Below the pieces are notes generated by a model, which was not told the DNA's origin, made no database searches, and saw only the letters and a program-made list of their open reading frames with translations. A DNA stretch of 63,879 nucleotides, the filler included, from Stramenopiles sp. TOSAG23-2 (lineage: Eukaryota), in NCBI GenBank assembly GCA_900128395.1. It is 3 parts of 3 records of this genome, joined end to end, with 100 filler letters (N's around TTAATTAATTAA, not from the genome) between each part and the next. Parts side by side here need not be neighbours in the genome. Positions count along the whole stretch, not along the records: positions 23,394 to 46,624 come from LT649492.1; 2 more parts are not named here. One strand, given 5' to 3'. Shown here in pieces: positions 31,148 to 42,006 of this stretch (positions are counted from its first letter, which is position 1; each line of letters starts with the position of its first letter). The position numbers and the translations under genes were made by a program.

Positions 31148-31960
31148 ATGGATGTTATAAATGAATATATATCAAAAGCATTAATTGCCGATAATCGCGG
31201 TGGATTAAATGTGGAGAAAATATACCAAGAAAAATTAAAGCAAAAATATGTTAAAGTGAAACAAGATGATAATGGTAATTCAAAAAATAATCATGAGAAA
31301 TCAATTACATCTATTAATCCGTTTCAAAGAAAAATAATTGAATTGAAATATCAATGTAAAGCACCGAAACGAAGTTATACTATACATGATAATAATAATT
31401 ACAAAAAAAAGAAAAAGAGAAAACGGGAATCGATAAAGAAATACACACAAAGTATTTTAAATGAAATAGAGTTAAAACAACTTCATCATTTGTGGAATGA
31501 ATATTGGAAAAAGTCTATAGCAGACAAAACTGATTCTAGAAAAAACTTATTGCAACGCATTCGACGTGGGCTAATATTCACCGGTTGTTGTATGAAAATT
31601 GTTGAATCTACATGTGCTCAAGATATTGGTAATATTGGTTTTGTATTGAAGGAAACATGTAATACTTTTATTTTTCAAAATAAATTGAGTACTAATAGTA
31701 CTCAAAGTAAGAACAAAACAGATGAACCGTCTATCAATAAACTTAGTTGTAAATATAATATTAAAATGATACCAAAACAAGATCGAGTCTTTTTATTATA
31801 CATACCAAACAATAAATCAAATGTAAATGATAATTTAACAGATAATGAAACGATCTTATTGTATGGGAATGATTTTATAGTAATAAAGAATAAAAATGAA
31901 AAGAAAACAAAAATGACGACGCTTTCATCAAGTGATATGTATACAATGAGGAAAGTTTAA
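31148..31960 (+). CDS. POP4: RNase P/MRP subunit p29
   Basis: LHHLWNEY, TGCCMKIVESTC...IGFVLKETCNTF, IPKQDRVF and LYGNDF. Confidence 0.8.
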   Translation: MDVINEYISKALIADNRGGLNVEKIYQEKLKQKYVKVKQDDNGNSKNNHEKSITSINPFQRKIIELKYQCKAPKRSYTIHDNNNYKKKKKRKRESIKKYTQSILNEIELKQLHHLWNEYWKKSIADKTDSRKNLLQRIRRGLIFTGCCMKIVESTCAQDIGNIGFVLKETCNTFIFQNKLSTNSTQSKNKTDEPSINKLSCKYNIKMIPKQDRVFLLYIPNNKSNVNDNLTDNETILLYGNDFIVIKNKNEKKTKMTTLSSSDMYTMRKV

Positions 31961-32036
31961 AAAGAAAAGTGTGTGCCGTGTGTTTGTGTTTGTGTGTGTG
32001 TGTGTATCATTACGAGTACGTACACACGTAGAATAA

Positions 32037-32071
<35 letters not shown>

Positions 32072-32200
32072 TACCTAAAAATATCGTACGGTGTACGTAT
32101 ATTTTTTTACGTGTTTCCTTTCTCTCTCTCTCTTCTTTTTTATAAAATTTTTTTATATTACTCTGATATAAAAAAAGTGTTGTGGTTTTTTTACAATTCA

Positions 32201-33220
32201 TCAATTTTTTTTTATACCAGTATCTTGTTTATTTAAAAACGTTTCATGCGCTTTTACCATTCTTAAGACATTTTGATATTCATTACCATGTCGCGCATGT
32301 GTTATTATGTCATCTAAATTTAAATTTTGTTCTTTCATTAAATGATTCCAGGAACTTTGGCTTGATATCCAATTTGTATCTGCAATGACACGTGAGGCAT
32401 GTATACCAGTAAGTGCTAAATTTAATTTATCAAGCCATAATTTTGAATCATCTCTATTACGAAATCGTAAGATAATCAATGGATCGCCATCATCATCTTC
32501 CACTTCGTAAATATTTGATATAGTTATATAATCAACTTGTTTATTAGCATCATGCTGAAACGCAACACTATGGGTGGATTTCAACCGTATACTAGCTAAT
32601 GGTGGTGTTGGTTCTTTTTTAAGAATATTGCCACCATTATTATTATAAGATACTGCTTGCTGTGCTGCTTTTTTATCTTTATAAATAATAAATCGTACTA
32701 CTAAAGATGACAAAGCACCAGGTTGCATGTATTCGGAAAATATACGAACGTAATCTTTATCAAATTTCGAGCTAAGTTTGTTGGTGGAACGTCCAAACAT
32801 ACGTGTTGAACGTTTACCTTTAGCTTTCACTTCAATTTCACCTTCACATATTGAAGTGCCTGCAACAGTATTAATACCTTTGTTATTATGATATTTTTTA
32901 TTGCTTCCGGTACTATTAGAACTACCCCTAGATTTAAAACTAAGACTTGAAATACGCGATCGTCTATCATCTCTATCGTTACTTTTACCATAAGTTGTCA
33001 AGATGATGGTATCATCATTGTCCATATGTGCATCATTGGTATAGCGCTTTTTGGCAGTTAATAAGTTTTGTACTGTTACAAACTCCCCTTCATGACTTTC
33101 TAATATGGAGTCTGAATATTTAATTAATTCTTTTGTAGATTGTAAATTAAAGAAAGAACGTTTTTTATTATTATTAGTCATGGAAGAAATATTCTTCCCA
33201 TTCGTTTGATTAGAAGACAT
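32201..33220 (-). CDS. Hypothetical protein with probable PH-like domain
   Basis: 339-aa ORF; ICEGEIEVK...RFIIYKD...ILRFRNRDDSKLWLDKLNLAL resembles PH strand and helix pattern. Confidence 0.6.
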   Translation of the reverse strand: MSSNQTNGKNISSMTNNNKKRSFFNLQSTKELIKYSDSILESHEGEFVTVQNLLTAKKRYTNDAHMDNDDTIILTTYGKSNDRDDRRSRISSLSFKSRGSSNSTGSNKKYHNNKGINTVAGTSICEGEIEVKAKGKRSTRMFGRSTNKLSSKFDKDYVRIFSEYMQPGALSSLVVRFIIYKDKKAAQQAVSYNNNGGNILKKEPTPPLASIRLKSTHSVAFQHDANKQVDYITISNIYEVEDDDGDPLIILRFRNRDDSKLWLDKLNLALTGIHASRVIADTNWISSQSSWNHLMKEQNLNLDDIITHARHGNEYQNVLRMVKAHETFLNKQDTGIKKN

Positions 33221-34043
33221 AGATACACGGTAACAAAAACAAAATTACAATTAGGAAGAAGAAAAAAAAGGTAGATCGAATCAATTCTAAATAAATAATA
33301 TGTTAAAGGGCATCAAATGCAAGTTGATGAAATATACATATATATATTTTAAAATATCTATAAAAATATATGTTTTTTCTGATAAATAAGTGTGTTGATC
33401 CCACATTTAGTACAAACTTATAATAGTCGTTTGATAGGCAGAAATCGAAAAAAATGGCCCATACTAGGATCTAGGATACTAATACTAGGAAAAGTTGACT
33501 GAGAGGATGATGTGCTACAGATTAGCATATATGATTAGCATATAAATAAAATTAAGTGCTATTTATTTCATTTATATGCTAAATAGGTACACACAAATCG
33601 ATGAAAACCTTAAATATATCGACTTCACATTACACTTATACAGAAATCGATGTGGGACTGATTTTTGATATTTTGATATCTGATATTTATATTCTGATAA
33701 ATAAGATCTTGATAGGCATAATTAATATTTTAGAATAAGACAAAGCACCAAAAACCAGCAGCACAAGGCAAGGGCGGGAATTACCACCAGTAGTAGTTTG
33801 TACAGGTAATACTAATTTCGAAATTTTAGTATTAATAATTAATAATAAACAACAGTCCTATTTAAACATTGGGATAGAAATACATATTATATATGTAAAA
33901 GAACGTCGGTGTAGTCGTCATCTTGTATATAAATATACAATTGTTGCATTCTTTACTCTTCTTCGCCTTCTTCTTCCTTGTTTACGCGCCCGTGTCTGTG
34001 TGTTTGTGTATGTGTTTGTGTGAATTGAAGAATAGGAAATACG

Positions 34044-35906
34044 ATGGATTTTGATTTTGACGATGATGAATTATCTGCATATCTTGATCAAGAAATGGAT
34101 GGTAATACACATACAAATAATAAAAATAATCATTTAAATTCAGTTATTATGCCAAAGAAAAAGAAAAATGGAAAGAATCATTATACTATGATGAACGACA
34201 ACAGCCAACGAAACGATAATGGTTCTAATCATCAAATTATTGGCAATAGTCAATATCATAGCGATAGTTTAAAACAAAAGGTAAGAGTAGACACCACAAA
34301 GGCATCAACGTCAAAACCTCCGGTTTTAGTAAATAATAAATTTATAGCACCAAATAGTATTATAAAACGAAAAAAAAAAAGTTCTTCGTCTATTATTCTG
34401 GAGCAAGAACAAGATGTCAAAACGCGTAGAAGGAAAGATGAGAATGAGAGGTTTCAATCAACCATATCTTCTAGACGTAAACATAATAGAAATAATAATA
34501 CGAATAGTAGTAGTAATAGTAATAATGCCAATATCAGTGTTGCAAGGGGTTCCCAAGACATTTTAAAGGGGCTTTTATCGAAAAATAGTTACAGCAAATA
34601 CAATAATAATGGCCGAGAAAGTTACTCATCAGGCAAACGAAAAAATGTAAATTTTCAAAATAGCCCATCCAACAAATCTTCTTCTAGTAGCACCAGCAGC
34701 AGCAACAGTGATAGCAGCTATTATCGTAGTAAACCGAAACGAAGGAAAGCTATACCTGGTCCAGTGGGAATATTTAAAGCATCTTTAAATAAAACAGCGA
34801 AAAAAGCTTTGCGTAGGAAAGAAATGGTCGTTTCCAGAATTGCAGCCACGCAAGATAGTATTTTTGATATGTCAGGGCCAGATAAAATCATCGACGAATA
34901 CTCTGATTTCAGACAAGGTCCATGGCTAAAGTTTTGCTATGATCATATGGTACGTCCTCCTATGGCACCAATAAGTTACATGCCGCCAAGAACAACTAGA
35001 CGCGATCCATCAAAATATACCGATTTTGCAACGATTAAAAAATCAAATTTAAAAGGCAAAGTTGCATTTACCGCGGGGATAATTGAATCGTTTAAAGAAA
35101 ATTTTGAAAGCGGGAAAGTTATTTTAAAAGATCCAAGTGGGATTATGAAAGGATCTTTAGGGGGTGATGCTGTGAATGAATATGCGATGAAGTTGACACC
35201 AGGAACCATACTTGTTTTACAAGATATTGCAATATTTACTCCCACGCCTAATACATTTTATTTCAATATTACGCTTAAAAACATACTTCGTGTTATCCCT
35301 GCCGGTACGAAAATTCCACCTCAAATGAAAGAAGTGTCTACAATCCTTCCCCCATCCCAAGATATTGGTATAACATCATTGAACAATAACAATTTGGGGA
35401 GGGATGATGATGACGATAAATTGTTAATCGATTTAAGTCCTGTGTGTGATGATGATAATGATCACGAGCATCGCCGTAAACAGATCAGTAATTTACGAAA
35501 TAATCAACTCTCTAGCACGAGTAAAAGTAAGAAAAACAATAACCATGCGAAAAGTATGATGATGATGATGCCTCCTTCGAAATCTATGATGCATTCATAT
35601 CGAAATAGATCAAATGGTAGTGGTTCAAATGAAAATTTAAATGAAAATAAAACAAATCAACAAAAAAATGGCTCATATGCATCTTCGTCCTTTTCAAAGC
35701 AAGAAATTGTTCCAAAAACAAGTAATAATAATGTAACAACAACAAGAATAAATAATACTGCGAAACCAATACAGACTGATATTGCAAATCCAAGTAACAA
35801 TAAAAAACAAGTGTCCACTTTGATCAGTAAAGAAAATTTAGAGGAATTGTGTGCTGGTGTAGATTTTGATTATGACGATGCATTTGCTGATGAGAACTTT
35901 TTATAA
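34044..35906 (+). CDS. HROB: Homologous recombination OB-fold protein (HROB/MCM8IP/C17orf53, DUF4539)
   Basis: IPGPVG, DFRQGPW, VILKDPSGIMKG and PGTILVLQDIAIFTP...YFNITLKNI. Confidence 0.85.
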   Translation: MDFDFDDDELSAYLDQEMDGNTHTNNKNNHLNSVIMPKKKKNGKNHYTMMNDNSQRNDNGSNHQIIGNSQYHSDSLKQKVRVDTTKASTSKPPVLVNNKFIAPNSIIKRKKKSSSSIILEQEQDVKTRRRKDENERFQSTISSRRKHNRNNNTNSSSNSNNANISVARGSQDILKGLLSKNSYSKYNNNGRESYSSGKRKNVNFQNSPSNKSSSSSTSSSNSDSSYYRSKPKRRKAIPGPVGIFKASLNKTAKKALRRKEMVVSRIAATQDSIFDMSGPDKIIDEYSDFRQGPWLKFCYDHMVRPPMAPISYMPPRTTRRDPSKYTDFATIKKSNLKGKVAFTAGIIESFKENFESGKVILKDPSGIMKGSLGGDAVNEYAMKLTPGTILVLQDIAIFTPTPNTFYFNITLKNILRVIPAGTKIPPQMKEVSTILPPSQDIGITSLNNNNLGRDDDDDKLLIDLSPVCDDDNDHEHRRKQISNLRNNQLSSTSKSKKNNNHAKSMMMMMPPSKSMMHSYRNRSNGSGSNENLNENKTNQQKNGSYASSSFSKQEIVPKTSNNNVTTTRINNTAKPIQTDIANPSNNKKQVSTLISKENLEELCAGVDFDYDDAFADENFL

Positions 35907-35931
35907 AAAAAAAAAATATTATGAATACATT

Positions 35932-37752
35932 TTATCTCAAGATTGCTTCAATTTCATCTAAACTATTTTTATAATTCTCACATAATGCTAAAATATCACC
36001 ATCTTTCGTTTGGTCGCGTTCAAAAAATCCTAAACGTTGTAATATTTTTTCAGTTAATGGATCTTCTTTTACAAACTGCTTTTTATCAGCTTCAATTTCG
36101 CAAAACGGACACAATGACATACCAAGTTTTCTTTTGCTACTCGATGCTACTCTAAATTTTGCTTTTGCTGCCAGCATGGACATACGATGTTTGGTGGCGA
36201 AAGTTGGAGTACGGGAAGATCTTCTACTTGGGCTTATAATAGCTTTTAATCCGCCAACCTTTCCAAATTGACCTGATAATACTGCTACAACTGTTCCCAT
36301 CGAAGTAGAATCAATACCTAGAGGATCAATTAGTTCCCATAATACGTTTTTTTGTTCTTCATTTAACATGATTTTAACACGCCTTAGTGCAATTTCGAAT
36401 TCAAGCCGTGAGATTTTACCATTGTCGTTGTAATCAGTTAATATCTCATGTAATTCTGCTTTTTTTTTTTCAGCTGCCTTTATTAAGCTGGCAAATGAAT
36501 CTAATCTACCCTTATTTCCATTACTAGCAGCCTTCTTTAGACATTTCTGACAAAATACATGACCACAAGTCCAGACTTGCCGAGGATTATCTAAACGTTT
36601 GTCGCAAATTTTACATTCTAAACTAAAGCCTAAACCAGTAGCCAATTCTTTGAAAAACATGGAATAACCATTTAAAGTCAAAACATTTTCATTCATTTCA
36701 ACTCGTATTTTTTCCGGCACAGCTACTTTTGTTTTTGCAATTTTTTCTTCAACATCAATTTCCATTTCCATATCTTCTATCTCTCTATCACGTCTTTTCA
36801 ACGTTTCAATTATTTCCTCTTTTTTGCTTTGTAACACTTCTAATTCTGTTTCTAATGATGGTAATCGCTGTTGTAATGTTTCAAATTCACCTTTTAATCT
36901 TTTAACATTTTTATCTACTCTTTTTTTCCTACTTCCAATTTTTAATTTTAGACTTGCAGCGCCTACATTTGATGATTCCAATAATTTTTCCTGCGCTTCC
37001 ATTACTTGCTTTTCAAGCGAATCATTTTTGTATTTGCAATTTCCATACTCTCGTTTAACTTCCCGCAAATCGTAAACCAACTGCCGTTTGCCAGCAAATT
37101 TATCTATCATTTTATCAACTCTTACCCTAACAGCTGCTAAATATTTTTTTTGTTTCTCTATCACTTTGCCTAAGCTAGCTTCTGACTCTTTTACTATCTC
37201 ATTTAACTTCTCTACGTGTAATTTACTTTCATTTTCTGATATATGTACATATGAATTCAACAAAGCTTCAGTGTATGATTCTACGAATGGGGCTATATCG
37301 GCAAAATTTACCGATGGCTCATCATATATTATAGCCGCTTTACTCTCTGATATTAATGCAGAGGAAATCGGTTGATATTCAGGTATAACTTTGCTGTCAA
37401 TTAAGTATTTATTATTATTGTCTATTGAAAATTTACTACTCTGTATTTGGTTTTGCAAATTGTTAAGCACATGTTTTTTACTTAATTTTATTTTATTGTT
37501 AATGATTCGACCTTGACTTAATGCCTTCGAAAAACTGACTTTGTCCTTTTTTACCTGGCTGTTGTATATTTTATTATTTAATGATTTGTAGTCTATCAAA
37601 CATGATTTTGCACCTTTTTGTCCATTTGGATATAAAACGATGCGTTCATTATTGTCTTCAAGGTCTGCATTTGGATCAATTTCATCATCCAAACCATGGA
37701 ATATGTCTACAGAGGAAGTGGAAACATTGTATTGGCGGTCGTAGACTGACAT
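35932..37752 (-). CDS. Coiled-coil + split RING-HC finger with inserted EF-hands (putative E3 ligase)
   Basis: Long coiled coil; CKIC...TCGHVFCQKC; DYNDNGKISRLEF; distal CPFC. Confidence 0.75.
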   Translation of the reverse strand: MSVYDRQYNVSTSSVDIFHGLDDEIDPNADLEDNNERIVLYPNGQKGAKSCLIDYKSLNNKIYNSQVKKDKVSFSKALSQGRIINNKIKLSKKHVLNNLQNQIQSSKFSIDNNNKYLIDSKVIPEYQPISSALISESKAAIIYDEPSVNFADIAPFVESYTEALLNSYVHISENESKLHVEKLNEIVKESEASLGKVIEKQKKYLAAVRVRVDKMIDKFAGKRQLVYDLREVKREYGNCKYKNDSLEKQVMEAQEKLLESSNVGAASLKLKIGSRKKRVDKNVKRLKGEFETLQQRLPSLETELEVLQSKKEEIIETLKRRDREIEDMEMEIDVEEKIAKTKVAVPEKIRVEMNENVLTLNGYSMFFKELATGLGFSLECKICDKRLDNPRQVWTCGHVFCQKCLKKAASNGNKGRLDSFASLIKAAEKKKAELHEILTDYNDNGKISRLEFEIALRRVKIMLNEEQKNVLWELIDPLGIDSTSMGTVVAVLSGQFGKVGGLKAIISPSRRSSRTPTFATKHRMSMLAAKAKFRVASSSKRKLGMSLCPFCEIEADKKQFVKEDPLTEKILQRLGFFERDQTKDGDILALCENYKNSLDEIEAILR

Positions 37753-38149
37753 ATTTATTCATATAAATAGTATATTAATACAGTAATATAGTGTTTCTAT
37801 TTACTATTATTATTATTGATATGCTATTTTATAAACAGTGAAAGTTATAATATTAATATTATAATAACTGCTATTTTATATTATTATTAAAAACAACAAC
37901 AACAAACAACAAGTGTTGTTGTGGCATTTTTTTGCGAGTTGCAAGCCGCCAAAAAAAGCCGCCTGTGGCAAGAAGTTAAAGCTTTGCTATCTGGCTATTA
38001 CAGTAATATCATAAAGTGTGTGAAACGAAAACGAAAAAAAAAGGCTGCAAACTATATACCAATGGTACGACTCGTAAAACTGGCAATCTAAATCATCGCA
38101 GGGTAAGGTTATAGTTTAAGGTAAATTACGGTCGGTATATATATATACC

Positions 38150-38274
38150 TAGTCTGCGTCGTCAGACTCTTTCTTATATATACCTTTTAATTAAGCTAAT
38201 AAAAGAGTCTGACGACGCAGACTAAATTTTTATTTTCTAGAAAATTTTTTTATGATTTGTGTAATTTTATTATA
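38150..38274. repeat. Repeat family B: 23-bp perfect inverted repeat plus ~90-bp segment duplicated at 41523-41612
   Basis: TAGTCTGCGTCGTCAGACTCTTT (38150-38172) / AAAGAGTCTGACGACGCAGACTA (38202-38224). A two-mismatch copy of one arm lies at 21315-21337. Confidence 0.85.
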
Positions 38275-38865
38275 TTATACAAATATCAAACCTCTAAACA
38301 ACAACTAAAACAACCGAAGGGGATAGCAGCACTTCTTACCGCCGCCTTCGGCGTCGATAAGAAGATGCTTCCTTAAAACTGTATATGTATATGTTTATGT
38401 ATTAACATGTACTAATATATTGATATATATATTTTTAGCAAATATTCTGATCTAGAATATTCGAAATGCTGCTACCGCCCCTCTTTTTTTAAGTGTAGTA
38501 AAGAAAACTTTGCCCTGTAATGCTATTGCATACTAACGATATAGGTCCGAAAATTAAAAAGATAGAAAGTGAGTTGAAGAGGCCTTTGTATTTGGGAAGG
38601 GGTTGTTTATAAAAAAATTCCTCTTGTTTGATGTACATTACACCATTACATGAAAAATGCTTAATATTTTTCCGTAAATTGATTTTATAATATTTTTTAT
38701 TCATATAATTACTTCGTACGTTCGTACTAATTTATCACCATATCACTATGTGCAATTCGTGGATTCCTTCTTCAAAGTGCCAAAATATACTTTGGTATTT
38801 CTTTTTTTGATAACAATTTTATCTTGTAGATGTAGTACCTGTAAATCAATACTCGCGCGCAAAAG

Positions 38866-39799
38866 TTACACTCCAGTATTTACTATTGACGGCGAAACAA
38901 TATTTATACAAAATTTTTCAATAATGTAACCTTCTGGTACGTTTCCAACGACTACTGTTCCTGGACTTTTGTGATCCAAGCTCGATTGTGATGGTGTCCA
39001 TGTCATTACAATTTTGCCTTTAAAGGATGTATTGTTTGCATTTTCGATTGCGGTAAATACGTTGTTTAAAGAATCTGCTGCTTTTTTGTTAAGAATGTAG
39101 CAACCGAAAGCAATTGAGCTAATTATATACAAGAAAAATATTATCGTAAATACCGTTTTCAATGCGGGAATATCCTTAAACACATCGCCTTGCAAAATAG
39201 CTAAAACAATAAAACAAACGATCCACGCGCCTGCTTTCATAAGAAGCGGTTGGGTTACTTTAAAACCAGTCCCGACACTATCGTTTTGTTGATTTATCTC
39301 CAAGATTTCCTTTTTCCACACGTCAACTGGCAAGATACCGACTAGCTGTGCTGGTAGGGAGGTAGGAAGGAATGATTTTGCACTGCAACCGTAGGAGACT
39401 GCGGATACCGCACCTGAATAAAACAGAGGGAAAGTATAGGAAAGATTTTTCTCGTGTTAGATGAAACCAAAAATTTTGTAAGTCAATTCAATTATACTTA
39501 CCATTCAGCTGAAGCGCATTTGGTTCTTTTTGTGGACAGTTGCTTACTATGATAAAGTTTACGGTATCCAATGGTTGCCCGACTGGTGCTGCGCTGGTAT
39601 GCTTCATATCCATATAATAATAACCATCTTGCTCTGACTTGTAGTTAAATCGAACGGAGTTTTCATCTGGCTTGAACCATCCATTTTGTGGCCTTTCGAT
39701 TATTTTGGCTTCTTCCAGAATTTGAGTGGCGACTACAGTTCCTGTTGTTGGCTGTTCGTCAAGTAGACAAAATGGGTCCTTTAATCCACCAGAAGACAT
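38866..39799 (-). CDS. Two-TM membrane protein, 2 exons (39799-39502, 39413-38866); weak ERF4/Golgin-A7-like segment
   Basis: Intron 39501-39414 (GTAAGT...TTCAG) joins MSSGGLKDPF...QLNG to AVSAVSYG...LPAQLVGILPVDVWKKEILEINQ in frame; two hydrophobic helices. Confidence 0.7.
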
Positions 39800-40361
39800 A
39801 GCTCTTCGTGCACTTTTATATGATGTATTTATATGTTTATATATATATATATATTCAATTCTCAAACATAGTTGATATATTGAGACTGCATTTACATGTA
39901 TGTTAACCTCTCTGATGTTGAATGTTCCCATTATTGAAGCATTGAAGAAGAGAAAAGAGAATTTGGCTCACCTGCTGGCTCACCACAAAAAAAAGGCTAG
40001 CCAGGCTAGCCTTTTCTGTCCAAAATTTGTTTGCCTTTGGATCCTCTCTAGTGCTGTGTCTATGGTGTCCCAATCAGTGGCCTATGTGTATAAGTTTCTT
40101 TTTTTTTGGTTTCATTTTTTTCGAGCGAAGTATAGTATATTTACTGGCTGTGTTAAGTCTATAGGACCTAGATTAGTATTAGTATAGAACTTGCTATAAA
40201 TAAAGCGAAATAACTGCCAAAACCAGCCAACTCCTTTTGGATTTTCCAATAAGAAACTGTTTTAAATTAATATATATCAACATTTAAACTTGCAGGTGTT
40301 TTTTTTTAATTAATTAGTAAATAAAAACGTCGTTTAATTCTTATTTGTATTTACGTTTACA

Positions 40362-41050
40362 ATGACTACCATAAAAAATACGAATAATATCGAGGTCGAC
40401 GAATTTGGCAACACTGTTGTAGCAACAGATCAGCAAGTCGTTAATCGTAAGAATATTTCTGTGGATAAGACAGATGTTGTGTTGGAGGATTTGTGTTGTC
40501 CGTGTGGACTTTGCTGCTGCATACAAGCTTGGTACTGCAATCCTAGCGGCTGTTTAGGCTGTGTCCTTAAACAGGAATGTTGTGGATTTAGGTGGTCTGG
40601 CAAGTGTTGCAAATGCATGTCACCAAGCAAAAATGATCAAAAAATGTGCTGTCTATTTCAACAGACCGCGTGTTCTTGCCATCTTCCAACAACGGTAAGT
40701 GTTTTATGTTTTCTTATTTCTCGTTTTTGTTATTTGCTTTTGCTAACATTTTTCTTTTCCCTTTTCCTTCACCACCATTCTAGCTTTGCAATCAATCTAA
40801 TCAATGTTGTTGCGTTTATGCTAGTATGGCTATTCCATGCGACTTTCTTCAAAGCCAAGTTCCTATACTCGTTAGTTGTGGAATCTGTTCTGTTTACCCC
40901 AAAGTTAGTTGTTGCAAATGCAAACTCAAACAGATGATGAATGAAAAATGGCTTAACAGAAATGCTACCAAAACAAACGTACACAGTGAGGTACAAGTCG
41001 CTCCAAATGAATACAATGGCTCGCCTGAAAAGCTTGAAATGGAACGTTAA
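40362..41050 (+). CDS. Small very Cys-rich protein, 2 exons (40362-40694, 40784-41050)
   Basis: Intron 40695-40783 (GTAAGT...GCTAAC...CTAG) joins CSCHLPTT to LCNQSNQCCCVYASMAIPCD in frame. Confidence 0.8.
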
Positions 41051-41111
41051 ATATTAGAGGCACAATAACAAATATATATGTAAAATGTTCATCCTTGTAA
41101 AAATATATTTT

Positions 41112-41390
41112 GAAGATGAAGCATTACGTGCGCGAATATGAGAAAAATGACGGAGGAAGAATTGAAAGCAGAAATTGTGAAACGTGGTCTTACCCCAAAA
41201 GAAATTCTAGCACCGAAAAAAGATTTAGAACAACAATTACTGGATGTAACAGATTTTTCAGAGATGAAACCAGAGGAAGCAGCGAAAGAGAAAGTTCGTA
41301 TAAATAAGATGTCTCAAGTTAAATTACGTCTAGCATCATAGAAGCAAAAAATATGAAACCAAAACGAGTTTAAGTTCCTGGGACTAAAGA
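41112..41390 (+). pseudogene. Frameshifted SAP-like helical repeat fragment
   Basis: MRKMTEEELKAEIVKRGL...KKDLEQQL resembles SAP. Protein-like text continues in other frames on both sides (EDEALRAR upstream, IEAKNMKPKRV downstream). Confidence 0.4.
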
Positions 41391-41522
41391 AATAAATCGC
41401 AATAATTTTCTATAACAAGTACACTAAATTGTATACTCTCAGATATTCCCCCTATCAGAGAGATTCTCTCTGAATTAATATTTTTTAAAAACCTACGGGT
41501 CGGTATAGCAAGTGCTATACAA

Positions 41523-41612
41523 TTTTAATTAAGCTAATAAAAGAGTCTGACGACGCAGACTAAATTTTTATTTTCTAGAAAATTTTTTTATGATTTGTGT
41601 AATTTTATTATA
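41523..41612 (+). repeat. Repeat family B, second copy
   Basis: TTTTAATTAAGCTAATAAAAGAGTCTGACGACGCAGACTAAATTTTT...GTAATTTTATTATA, essentially identical to 38185-38274. Confidence 0.9.
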
Positions 41613-41640
41613 ATTTACATTCAGGAGTGTGCTGGTGTGC

Positions 41641-42006
41641 TCACTTTCCCTTCTCTTCCTCCTTCATACTTTTCTCACTAGCCTTTTCTGTCCAAAATTT
41701 GTTTGCCTTTTCACTACTGCTAACTTTCATACTACTTTCACTTTTCGATATAATTGGTGATATCTTTGTTGGATCGTTATTTTTCGTATCTTTTTTTTTG
41801 ATACACATATTAATGCATTTCTCACCACATGGTGTAGCTAAAATCAACGACATAACAGCAGTTACTATGACAGACATATTCAATACGATCAATGCAACAC
41901 CATATGCATGGTTTTCATCGGCATTTGCTTGTAATGGTTCCTTTGTGTTGTTTACGCGCAGTTTGATTACTAATCCAACCAATAAAGTCAAAAATAATTG
42001 ATTCGA
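41641..42006 (-). pseudogene. Orphan C-terminal fragment of a multi-TM protein
   Basis: No ATG start; SNQLFLTLLVGLVIKL...YGVALIVLNMSVIVTAVMSLILATP (two TM helices) followed by a cytosolic tail. Confidence 0.5.
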
